Positions 54,704 through 63,230 of a stretch of DNA of 64,000 nucleotides are shown here, one piece after another. The stretch is taken from assembly GCA_050953105.1 (NCBI GenBank), contig JBMNMA010000007.1, forward strand, positions 130,461 to 194,460. The letters run 5' to 3'. Numbering within the stretch: the first letter of the stretch is position 1; each line of letters begins with the position of its first letter. The notes under the pieces are model-generated. The model worked only from the letters and a program-made list of their open reading frames with translations, was not told the origin of the DNA and ran no database searches. The stretch is from Eubacteriales bacterium (GTDB lineage Bacteria; Bacillota; Clostridia; Oscillospirales; CAG-382). The position numbers and the translations under genes are program-made.

Positions 54704-56523
54704 TTTGTATTATCCTTTTCTGTGTTGAAATAGTTGAAAATGGCTTCTGCCGTGGCTTTGGGTAAACCCTTGATGGCAATAAGCTCCTCCAGGGTGGCGT
54801 TTTTTATACCCTTTAAGCCGGAAAAGTGAAGCAGCAGCTTTTGCGAAAGCTTTACTCCCACTCCGGGGATTTCGGTAAGGGAGGAGGTGGTCAATGTTTT
54901 CCTTCGCTTTTTATCCATCTTGCCGAAGGCGGTTTCGTGAACCTCCTCCTGAAATTTATAAAAGAAATTAAATAAATCCTGCCTTTTATTTAAGCTTATT
55001 TCGTTTTCACCGTCGGTCAGGGTGCGGGTTTTGTGATGTTCGTCCTTTATCATGCCGAAAACGGGAATATCAAGCCCTTTTTCATAAATAAGGCTCTTTA
55101 TAACGTTGACATGGCCTTGGCCGCCGTCAACCAGAATCAAATCGGGATATTCCCAGTCCCCGTCGGTGTGGTTTAGCCGCCGTTCAATGCCTTCCCGCAT
55201 GGAGGAGTAGTCGTCCCTGCCATCCACATATTTCATATTGAAGGAGCGGTATTTTTTCTTTACAAACCTGCCTTCTTCCCATACCGCCATGCCGCAGACG
55301 ATATGCTCGTCCCCGTGGTTGGAAACGTCATAGCCCTCTATACGCTTCGGCACCACCTCAAGTTTAAGAAAAGAGGCAAGTGAAAGGGCAAATTTTTCGG
55401 CTTTGCTTTCTTTTTCCCGCTGGTGGAGTATAAGCTCCCGGGCATTTGCTACGGCAAGATCGGTAAGGTTTTTCTTTTCACCCTTTTTGGGGGTGGTAAC
55501 GTTTATTTTATGGCTGTCGGACAAGCCTTCTGATATTAACTGCCTGTCCTCGGGCAAAAGATCGAAATCGATTAATATATTGTCGGGAACAAAACCCCGG
55601 AGCGAATAAAATCTGAAAAGCAGGGAGGTAAGGGAGGAGGAATCTATAAGCTCCTCTTTGCCGAAAAACATACATTCCCGGTCGGATATAATGCCGTTTC
55701 TTACGAAAAAGACGTTTATTGCCGTTCCCAGCTCGTCGGAGTAGATGCCGAAAACGTCGGCGTTGAAATTTTCGTCCGCCACAATGTGCTGCTTTTCGCT
55801 TATGGTCTTTACCGAATTTATTATGTCCCGTATCTTTGCGGCTTTTTCAAATTCAAGATTTTCGGCAAAATCGGTCATTTTGCCTTCAAGGGTTTTCAAA
55901 AGCTTTGAATAATCCCCTTTTAAAAATGATACGGCGTCGGAGATGGTGGCGTTGTAATCCTCCTTTGACACCTGCCCCTTAATGCAAAGCCCCATGCACT
56001 GGTTTATATGAAAATTAAGGCAGGGCCTGCCTTTGCCAATATCCTTGGGAAACTGCCGGTTGCAGGTGGGAAGGCGGAAAGCCTTTCTTGCGGCACCGAG
56101 TATCGAATATGCCACCGTTACCGATGAATAGGGGCCGAAATATTTTGAAGATTGGTTTTTCCGTTCATGGGCAACGGAAAGCAGGGGAAAATCCCCGCTT
56201 GTAAGCTCGATATAGGGGTATCCCCTGGAATCTTTTAGCTTAATATTATAGCGGGGCATGTATTGCTTTATAAACTGGTTTTCAAGAATAAGCGCCTCAA
56301 TATTGGAATTGGTGTGGTAAACCTCAAATGAGGAAACCGAATTTACCATATGCTCGGTTTTTACCGAATGCTTGGAATAAGGCGCAAAATAGCTTGACAC
56401 CCGGTGACGCAGGGCCTTTGATTTGCCCACATAAATAACCGTCCCCGACTGGTTTTTCATTATATAAACCCCCGGTGTGGCCGGGAGTGTTTTGGCCTGT
56501 TCAAACAGTATTTCTCTAGTCAT
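54700..56523 (-). CDS. uvrC: Excinuclease ABC subunit C
   Basis: The GIY-YIG N-terminus (GVYIMKN...VIYVGKS), a UvrBC-interaction region, and a C-terminal (HhH)2. Confidence 0.97.
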   Translation of the reverse strand: MTREILFEQAKTLPATPGVYIMKNQSGTVIYVGKSKALRHRVSSYFAPYSKHSVKTEHMVNSVSSFEVYHTNSNIEALILENQFIKQYMPRYNIKLKDSRGYPYIELTSGDFPLLSVAHERKNQSSKYFGPYSSVTVAYSILGAARKAFRLPTCNRQFPKDIGKGRPCLNFHINQCMGLCIKGQVSKEDYNATISDAVSFLKGDYSKLLKTLEGKMTDFAENLEFEKAAKIRDIINSVKTISEKQHIVADENFNADVFGIYSDELGTAINVFFVRNGIISDRECMFFGKEELIDSSSLTSLLFRFYSLRGFVPDNILIDFDLLPEDRQLISEGLSDSHKINVTTPKKGEKKNLTDLAVANARELILHQREKESKAEKFALSLASFLKLEVVPKRIEGYDVSNHGDEHIVCGMAVWEEGRFVKKKYRSFNMKYVDGRDDYSSMREGIERRLNHTDGDWEYPDLILVDGGQGHVNVIKSLIYEKGLDIPVFGMIKDEHHKTRTLTDGENEISLNKRQDLFNFFYKFQEEVHETAFGKMDKKRRKTLTTSSLTEIPGVGVKLSQKLLLHFSGLKGIKNATLEELIAIKGLPKATAEAIFNYFNTEKDNTK

Positions 56524-56604
56524 TTGTAAATACTTTCAGATTCTGATAAAAAAGCCCTGAACTCATTGCCCTATGAGCCCAAGGCGACAATATGGTATTG
56601 ATTA

Positions 56605-56862
56605 TTACTCAATGCTTAATATCAGGTCGACAAGCCCTTCCACGGTTTCAGCTTCGTCCTCGCCTTCGGCGATAATGGTAACCGTGTCGCCCTTTTTTAT
56701 TCCGAGAGAAAGTACGCCCAGCAGGCTCTTGGCGTTGGCGCGTCTGTCGTTATTTTCAATCCATATGGAAGATTTGTAGGTATTTGCCTTCTGTATGAAG
56801 AAGGTAGCGGGTCTTGCTCTAAGTCCCACCGCATTTTGCACTGTAATGGTTTTTGTAAACAT
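56605..56862 (-). CDS. HPr-like phosphocarrier-fold protein lacking His15 (Arg15), Ser46 region intact (Crh-like)
   Basis: The translation MFTKTITVQNAVGLRARPATFF has codon 15 = AGA, read directly from the DNA, where HPr has GxHARPA. The Ser46 region is KSLLGVLSLG. Start is at 56862 with a GGAG RBS. Confidence 0.85.
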   Translation of the reverse strand: MFTKTITVQNAVGLRARPATFFIQKANTYKSSIWIENNDRRANAKSLLGVLSLGIKKGDTVTIIAEGEDEAETVEGLVDLILSIE

Positions 56863-56902
56863 ATCCGACTCCTTTTTAAGGGGCAAAACCCCTAAAAGTG
56901 CT

Positions 56903-56938
56903 TTGATTTATTATATCAAATAGTATATAATAAATCAA
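56903..56938. promoter_or_regulatory. Perfect 14-bp inverted repeat that reads ttgatt-17-tataat on both strands (promoter/operator of the HPr-like gene)
   Basis: ttgatttattatat (56903-56916), 8-nt spacer, atataataaatcaa (56925-56938). The minus-strand version lies about 40 nt upstream of the HPr-like ATG. Confidence 0.5.
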
Positions 56939-57023
56939 TAGCGTTTATTTGATAAAAATTACGAAAAACTGACTTAGCCTTTGTGCAATATAATCAATGG
57001 TTTTTGAACGAAAATTTATAATT

Positions 57024-57515
57024 TCAGCCAGTTTTAGGCTGTTCGCCTTCAGAAACCACCTTTATTTCGGTTATTTTGCCTCTTATATAGCAATCGCCGG
57101 TTTCAAGCCCGAATTCCGACTTTATAAGCAGAATATCGTCGCCTTTGGTGTAGAAAGTGTCGTCAATAACATAGCCTTCGACATAAAGCACCATAACCGC
57201 CGAGGAATAGTATTCGGAAGGAGCCGTAAGCTCCTGGTCACCAACGAAAATGGTGTCCTTAACCGGGGTAAAGGCTGTGCTATTTATCTTGCCGAAGTAT
57301 AATCCGCCGTCGGCCATATACAGCTTTGTCCCTTCTGTTAAGACGGCTTTGCAACCGTTGGGCATGCTTTCCACCTCAAAGGTTACCTCAAGTACCACGC
57401 TTTCCCCGGGGAAAAGGGTGTCCTTTATCTGTTCCCTGAAAACAATACCCAAAATAACCCCGGCAATTATGATTATTATTAGCAAATCAAAGAGATTGAA
57501 ACGCTTATTTTTCAT
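57024..57515 (-). CDS. DUF4330-like single-pass membrane protein
   Basis: The N-terminal anchor is FNLFDLLIIIIIAGVILGIVF with a beta-rich C-terminal domain. It is a paralogue of the next gene. Confidence 0.6.
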   Translation of the reverse strand: MKNKRFNLFDLLIIIIIAGVILGIVFREQIKDTLFPGESVVLEVTFEVESMPNGCKAVLTEGTKLYMADGGLYFGKINSTAFTPVKDTIFVGDQELTAPSEYYSSAVMVLYVEGYVIDDTFYTKGDDILLIKSEFGLETGDCYIRGKITEIKVVSEGEQPKTG

Positions 57516-57543
57516 TTTTTATCCCCTTTTTCCCCATTTATAT

Positions 57544-57921
57544 TCAGCCTTCGCCTTTGGTAATCGAGTAAACAACGCCTTCGGATATAACCGCATGGGT
57601 GGTAAACACAAAGGGCTGGCCGGTTTTAAGGGGCGGTGTCCCCTCTTCGGTTTCAAGGGTGATTTCTATCACCTTGGTTACCTTGGAGTTATCCTCCATT
57701 GTCCGTATGGCGGTAATTTCCCCCAGATATTCGCCGCTTTCAAGGTAAACCTTGTCTTTTGCCTTTACGCTTGCCACAGTGTCATCGCTGACGGTGGCGG
57801 TTATGATAAAGGTTGATGTATCGGCGGTTGCCGCATTTATTATATAAACCACTCCGCCAAAGCAAATGGCAAGGATTAATATTATTATTGCGGTGTCAAG
57901 GAGATTTAACTTTTTTATCAT
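57544..57921 (-). CDS. DUF4330-like single-pass membrane protein
   Basis: The N-terminal anchor is LNLLDTAIIILILAICFGGVVYI. The layout matches 57024-57515. Confidence 0.6.
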   Translation of the reverse strand: MIKKLNLLDTAIIILILAICFGGVVYIINAATADTSTFIITATVSDDTVASVKAKDKVYLESGEYLGEITAIRTMEDNSKVTKVIEITLETEEGTPPLKTGQPFVFTTHAVISEGVVYSITKGEG

Positions 57922-57939
57922 ATGTCATGCTTCCTTTCG

Positions 57940-59703
57940 TTATGTGTAGTCGTCATAGGAAACATGGGCGGGTATGGCGTTGCCGGTGGCGGAAACCAGT
58001 CCACAAAGTATCCAGAACATAAGCAGTCCGTTGCTTGTTTCAAAGGTGTTTGCAGACATACCGGTAACCAAAAAGACGCTCAGTCCGGTTATAAGTATGG
58101 CGCAAATAGGCCTGAGACGGCCTTTTCTTGAATACAAAGCCGAGGTAAAGGAACGGGAAAGCAGGAAAACTAAAAACACTCCCAATAAAGCCAGTCCTAA
58201 AATACCTATGCTTTGGGCAAGGACGCCGTAAACCGAACTTCCACCGAAATTTCCTCCGCCAAACAGCAGCCGCACCATATCATATTCACCGTCGATTGCC
58301 TTTTTAACCTCAAAAGGTGTGACGGTGTTGAACACCAGCACAAACTGCCTTACATAATACAATATGGGGCAAACAAGGGCAAACACAAAGGCCACATTGA
58401 AAAATCTGGCGGTGCGGTAAACGAGATAGATAAAAAGACATATCACCGCCGAAAACCACACCATGTCCGACATTGACACCGCTGCGTTAAACAGCACAGA
58501 TAGCACAAATATAAGGCGTATAATAAAATGAAAACCGCTTTCCCTTTCGCCAAACATATAAAACGCAAAGGGAAGGGAGGCGATAATCATAAATTCTGAA
58601 TATAAATTAAATTCCCCCACCAAAATGCCGGTTACGGCGGTAAAGTTTATATTTACAAAGTTAAACATAAACAGGGTGGTTAAAACCACCGACTTTATCA
58701 TAAGCCCCAAGGCAAAGGAATATATGCTTTTTTTAAGCAGATTGGCGTTTCTCATTAAGTTTGACGCCATGAAATAGGACGAAACGATTATAAACAGCCG
58801 TATTGCGCTAAATCCGTTAAACGCATACATAAACACCAGAGCAAAGAAGAGGGCGGGATAATCCTCGCTTTTCAATGTCAGGTTGCGTTTTCCCCTAAAC
58901 AGCTTTAATATGTATGAAACCAGAGTTATAAACAGCACAAACAGCAGTTTGTCCTCGTTGCCAAAGGGAACCGCCGCCATTGATATAAGCAGTCCGCTTT
59001 CCGGCGAATATAAAATGATAAGCGCCGTCAGCACCACGGCAATGCGGTATATAACCTCCAGCGGCGACAGGAAAAACACCCCGATACCGAAGGCAAGGCC
59101 GGCAAAAAAGGCTGCGGCAAAATGGTTTTGGGGCTGGCGGTCGGTGTCTATGGCAAGGCGGTTTATGCCCAGCAGGTCAAGGAAGAAATAAAAAATGCCG
59201 CTGTCGATAAGCTTTTTCCCCAGGGATTTTTTTGAAAAAATCAAAAAGAAGGAGATAAGCACCATCAGCGCAATGGCAACCACCTCGGTTTGGGTGCGTT
59301 TTACGTCCATAAACACAAACAGCCGTATGGAATAGGCCAGCAGGGAATAAAGCCCTGCGGACATGAAAAACACTCCGAATGTTTTAACCGATGTCGCCAT
59401 AAAGGCCTTTATAAGCTGTCGGTAAAGCTTCACTATAAATGAATTTTCAACGCTTTTTGCAAATCCCCGCCGTATGGCCGAAAACACCGTTGTTGCCTTT
59501 GTCTTTTCGGCAATAAGGTGAATAAGGCCTTCATCCTTTGACTTGTCTGCGTAATCGACAAAGGTGAACACCTTTGACAAAGCCCGTTTTGAAAACAGCG
59601 AATGAAGCCTTGCCGAAAAATAGGTAAGGATTGAAACAATTATGCTGTTGTTTATAAACTGCCTGAAGACGCTTTTCTTGGCGGCTTTTAAGGATTTTTG
59701 CAT
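57940..59703 (-). CDS. Large polytopic membrane protein, O-antigen ligase/Wzy-like (tentative)
   Basis: At least 12 TM helices with a larger loop region. The family assignment is from general resemblance only. Confidence 0.5.
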   Translation of the reverse strand: MQKSLKAAKKSVFRQFINNSIIVSILTYFSARLHSLFSKRALSKVFTFVDYADKSKDEGLIHLIAEKTKATTVFSAIRRGFAKSVENSFIVKLYRQLIKAFMATSVKTFGVFFMSAGLYSLLAYSIRLFVFMDVKRTQTEVVAIALMVLISFFLIFSKKSLGKKLIDSGIFYFFLDLLGINRLAIDTDRQPQNHFAAAFFAGLAFGIGVFFLSPLEVIYRIAVVLTALIILYSPESGLLISMAAVPFGNEDKLLFVLFITLVSYILKLFRGKRNLTLKSEDYPALFFALVFMYAFNGFSAIRLFIIVSSYFMASNLMRNANLLKKSIYSFALGLMIKSVVLTTLFMFNFVNINFTAVTGILVGEFNLYSEFMIIASLPFAFYMFGERESGFHFIIRLIFVLSVLFNAAVSMSDMVWFSAVICLFIYLVYRTARFFNVAFVFALVCPILYYVRQFVLVFNTVTPFEVKKAIDGEYDMVRLLFGGGNFGGSSVYGVLAQSIGILGLALLGVFLVFLLSRSFTSALYSRKGRLRPICAILITGLSVFLVTGMSANTFETSNGLLMFWILCGLVSATGNAIPAHVSYDDYT

Positions 59704-59727
59704 TGTTGCCTTCCTTTTCAGGGTTGT

Positions 59728-60420
59728 TTACGGCTTTGTGGTTTTTTCAAGCAGGTCGGGTCGTTTTTTCAGCGTTCTCTGGTATGACTGGTCTTTCCGC
59801 CATTTTTCAATATTGGCGTGGTGGCCGCTCAACAGTATTTCCGGCACCTCAAGACCTTCGAACACCCGGGGCTTTGTGTATTGGGGGTATTCCAGCAACC
59901 CCGACGCTATGCTTTCTTCCTCATGGCATATTTTGTCGGGCAATACCCCGTCCACAAGACGGGCGACACAATCGGTAACCACTGCGGCGGGTAGTTCGCC
60001 GCCGGTAAGCACATAATCGCCTATGGAAATTTCCTCGTCGATTTCAAGCTCTATAATCCGTTCGTCTATACCCTCGTAATGTCCGCAGAAAAGGATGAGA
60101 TTGTCGTATTTCGAAAGCTCCACCGCCTTTTGGTGGCTGAAAAGGCTCCCCTGGGGGGAAAGGTAGATGGTGCGGACACTGCCGCTAAGCTTATTTTTAA
60201 CCGCCCTCAGACAGTCCACCGCCGGCTGGCAGGTCATAACCATGCCATAACCCCCGCCGTAGGGGGTGTCGTCGGTGCGGCGGTGCTTGTCAAGGGTATA
60301 ATCCCTTATATCGGTAAGGTTAACCGAAACAAGTCCCTTTTCAATGGCTTTTCCGATAACGCTTGTAGAAACAAACCCTCCGAACATTTCGGGAAACAAT
60401 GTGAGTATTTCAAAATTCAT
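59728..60420 (-). CDS. trmD: tRNA (guanine37-N1)-methyltransferase
   Basis: FEILTLFPEMF, DDTPYGGGYGMVM and GHYEGIDERI motifs. Confidence 0.97.
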   Translation of the reverse strand: MNFEILTLFPEMFGGFVSTSVIGKAIEKGLVSVNLTDIRDYTLDKHRRTDDTPYGGGYGMVMTCQPAVDCLRAVKNKLSGSVRTIYLSPQGSLFSHQKAVELSKYDNLILFCGHYEGIDERIIELEIDEEISIGDYVLTGGELPAAVVTDCVARLVDGVLPDKICHEEESIASGLLEYPQYTKPRVFEGLEVPEILLSGHHANIEKWRKDQSYQRTLKKRPDLLEKTTKP

Positions 60421-60444
60421 TATATTTCACGCTGCCTGAAAATA

Positions 60445-60960
60445 TTAAACCAGTCCTTCGGGGATATTTACCACAATCCCCTCGCCGGGGGCAGCCTTAA
60501 TGACATGCTCCTCAACGGCGGGAATGCGGAAGGTGGTTTCACCTTTTATGACATAATAAATTTTACCGGCTATTTCTTCAACGTCTGCCACAATACCTAT
60601 GCTTTCGCCGGTTTTGGCGTCGGTAGCGGTTTCCCCTACCAGGTCGTCAAGGTAAAACACCCCTTCGGGCAGGGTTATGTCATTGCGGTCAAACCACACC
60701 GTCCGACCGTTAAGGGTGGCGGCAAGGTCCCGGTCCTCATAGCCTTTGAAAACAATAGATGGTATGGTGGGGCGGTATAACGCCACCTCAAGAGGGGTTT
60801 TTCCCTCCTCGTCAAGGTATAAACGCTCAACCCCCGAAAGAAATTCGGGGGAATCGCAGTAACAGCTAAACCTAATTTCGCCTTTCAGTCCTCTTGGGGA
60901 ATTAAGCCTTCCCGCTTGGATATAGCGTTTCACGGTATCAGTTAATGTCAACAATGACAC
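60445..60960 (-). CDS. rimM: 16S rRNA processing protein RimM
   Basis: The GLKGEIRF PRC-barrel layout. The start is uncertain: GTG at 60960 overlaps the KH gene, while an alternative GTG at 60933 lies 4 nt after its stop. Confidence 0.88.
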   Translation of the reverse strand: MSLLTLTDTVKRYIQAGRLNSPRGLKGEIRFSCYCDSPEFLSGVERLYLDEEGKTPLEVALYRPTIPSIVFKGYEDRDLAATLNGRTVWFDRNDITLPEGVFYLDDLVGETATDAKTGESIGIVADVEEIAGKIYYVIKGETTFRIPAVEEHVIKAAPGEGIVVNIPEGLV

Positions 60961-61165
60961 GCTTGTTTTCCTTGGCGGCGGCTGCCCGCATAAGGGTGCG
61001 TATCGATTTGGCTATCCGTCCGCCCCGGCCTATAACCTTGCCGGCGTCGGTCTTAGCCACGGTAAGCTCAAGAATAATCATGTCGCCGCTTTCCCGTTCG
61101 ATAATTACTATCTCATCAGGGTTGTCCACCAACGGCTTAATGATGTCTGTTAAAAGCTGTTTCAT
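60938..61165 (-). CDS. KH-domain RNA-binding protein (YlqC family)
   Basis: The GKVIGRGGRIAKSIR GxxG loop. Position between rpsP and rimM is conserved. Confidence 0.85.
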   Translation of the reverse strand: MKQLLTDIIKPLVDNPDEIVIIERESGDMIILELTVAKTDAGKVIGRGGRIAKSIRTLMRAAAAKENKRVIVDIN

Positions 61166-61189
61166 TTAATCAGGCCTTTCTCAATTTCC

Positions 61190-61432
61190 TTAAATAACGC
61201 CGTTTTTCTTTAAAATGGACTTAACGGTATCGGTGGGCTGAGCGCCGTTGGCAATCCACTGCTTTGCCTTGTCGGCATCAAGCTTAATTTCAGCAGGTTC
61301 GGTCATGGGGTTGTAGTAGCCTATTTCCTCAATAAATCTGCCGTCACGGGGATAGCGGGAATCCGCAACCACGATTCTGTAAAAGGGAGATTTCTTTGCG
61401 CCCATTCTTCTTAATCTGATTTTAACTGCCAT
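61190..61432 (-). CDS. rpsP: 30S ribosomal protein S16
   Basis: [26 protein letters not shown]. Confidence 0.97.
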   Translation of the reverse strand: MAVKIRLRRMGAKKSPFYRIVVADSRYPRDGRFIEEIGYYNPMTEPAEIKLDADKAKQWIANGAQPTDTVKSILKKNGVI

Positions 61433-61494
61433 TTGTAATGACCTCCGAAAAATAATTTATTAATTTATATTTATTTTAAAATAAATACCGTGTT

Positions 61495-62817
61495 TTAAAA
61501 GGGAAATTTAAATCTGCCCTTCTTTTTGCCGCTTGACATAAACTGCTTCATAAGCTGTTTTGTCTGCTCGTATTGCTTAAGCAGCCGGTTTACCTCCTCA
61601 ACGGTGGTGCCCGAACCTGCGGCTATCCGCCTCTTGCGGGAGAAATTTAAAATGTCGGGTTTTGTCCGTTCCTTCATTGTCATTGAAAGAATTATTGCCT
61701 CTGTGCGGGCAATAGCTTTTTCGTCGATTTTGGCGTCCTTAAGCTGCCCCGGCTTTACCCCAGGCATCATGGAAAGAAGGGATTCCATGCTTCCCATGTT
61801 TTTTATCTGCTTAAACTGGTCGAGATAATCGTTTAACGTAAAGGTCTGCTCACGAAACTTCTTTTCCAGCTCGGCGGCTTTCTTTTCGTCATAGGCCTGC
61901 TCGGCTTTTTCGATAAGGGAAAGCACGTCGCCCATGCCTAAAATCCTCGACGCCATACGCTCGGGGTGGAATGTTTCAATGGCGTCCAGCTTTTCGCCGG
62001 TGCCTATGAATTTAATTGGCTTGCCGGTGATGTATTTAACCGACAAGGCGGCGCCGCCCCGGGTGTCACCGTCCATTTTGGTCAATATTACGCCGGTAAT
62101 GTCAAGCAGGTCGTTAAATGCCTTTGCCACGTTTACCGCATCCTGCCCCGTCATGGCATCCACCACCAGCAGAATTTCGGTGGGGTTGACCTTGTCTTTT
62201 ATATTTTTCAGCTCGGTCATAAGATCTTCGTCTATATGGAGCCGGCCGGCGGTGTCTATTATAACTGTGTCAAAACCGAACTTGATAGCGTGTTTTATTG
62301 CTTCGGAAGCGGTGTTGACGGGGTTTGAGGTGCCTTTTTCATAAACCTCGCAGCCTACCTGGCCCCCCACCACCTGCAGCTGCTTTATTGCCGCCGGGCG
62401 GTAGATGTCGCAGGCAACCAGCAGAGGATTTTTCCCCTGCTTTTTAAGCTTTCCGGCAAGCTTGGCGCAGTGGGTGGTTTTACCCGAACCCTGAAGACCG
62501 CACATAAGAATGACCGTGGGGGGCTTGGGAGCAACCTCTAGCTTTGAGGCGGTTCCCCCCATAAGGGCTATTAGTTCTTCGTTTACTATTTTTACTATAT
62601 GCTGGGCGGGGAGAAGGCTTTCCAAAACCTCGCTGCCCACAGCCCGCTGGGACACTTTGGCGACAAAATCTTTAACCACCTTGAAGTTGACGTCGGCCTC
62701 AAGGAGGGCAAGCTTAATTTCCCTCATTCCTTCCTTAACGTCGGCTTCGGTGAGCTTACCCTTGTTTTTGAATTTTTTTAGGGCCTCGGCCATTTTTTCG
62801 ACTAAGCTTTGAAACAT
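61495..62817 (-). CDS. ffh: Signal recognition particle protein Ffh
   Basis: The NG domain has GLQGSGKTT, DTAGR and TKMDGD. A Met-rich M domain is present. Confidence 0.97.
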   Translation of the reverse strand: MFQSLVEKMAEALKKFKNKGKLTEADVKEGMREIKLALLEADVNFKVVKDFVAKVSQRAVGSEVLESLLPAQHIVKIVNEELIALMGGTASKLEVAPKPPTVILMCGLQGSGKTTHCAKLAGKLKKQGKNPLLVACDIYRPAAIKQLQVVGGQVGCEVYEKGTSNPVNTASEAIKHAIKFGFDTVIIDTAGRLHIDEDLMTELKNIKDKVNPTEILLVVDAMTGQDAVNVAKAFNDLLDITGVILTKMDGDTRGGAALSVKYITGKPIKFIGTGEKLDAIETFHPERMASRILGMGDVLSLIEKAEQAYDEKKAAELEKKFREQTFTLNDYLDQFKQIKNMGSMESLLSMMPGVKPGQLKDAKIDEKAIARTEAIILSMTMKERTKPDILNFSRKRRIAAGSGTTVEEVNRLLKQYEQTKQLMKQFMSSGKKKGRFKFPF

Positions 62818-62828
62818 TATGACCTTCC

Positions 62829-63143
62829 TTATAAGAGTTTTTTGGCCTCGTTTACTACCTGTTCGTCGTCTGTCAGGGCAAGTATTTTTTCAGCCGTCTG
62901 CCTTACCTTTTGGTCGTATTCGGCAAGCTTTAAGCTTTTTTCAAGGAAAAACAGATATTCCTCACCGGTAACGATGGCATTTCGCACTCCCTGACGGGTT
63001 ATGCCTAAATTTTCGGCAATTTCGGAAAGGGAAAGGTCCTGATTGTAATACAAATCAATGGCCTCCCTCTGCCGTTCGGAAAGGAGGGGGGAATAAAAAT
63101 CAAACAGCAGGGATATTTCACGTCTTTTATCATTTATACCCAT
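62829..63143 (-). CDS. ylxM: YlxM (UPF0122) putative DNA-binding protein
   Basis: LLSERQREAIDLYYNQDLSLSEIAENLGITRQGV is a sigma-70 region 4-like HTH. It lies upstream of ffh. Confidence 0.85.
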   Translation of the reverse strand: MGINDKRREISLLFDFYSPLLSERQREAIDLYYNQDLSLSEIAENLGITRQGVRNAIVTGEEYLFFLEKSLKLAEYDQKVRQTAEKILALTDDEQVVNEAKKLL

Positions 63144-63230
63144 TTTTCATTCCCTTTTCTTTACCCTACAAACAACGCCTGTAAAGCAAAAAACTTTACA
63201 GGCGTATTATATCAATCCTTTTGTATTTTG

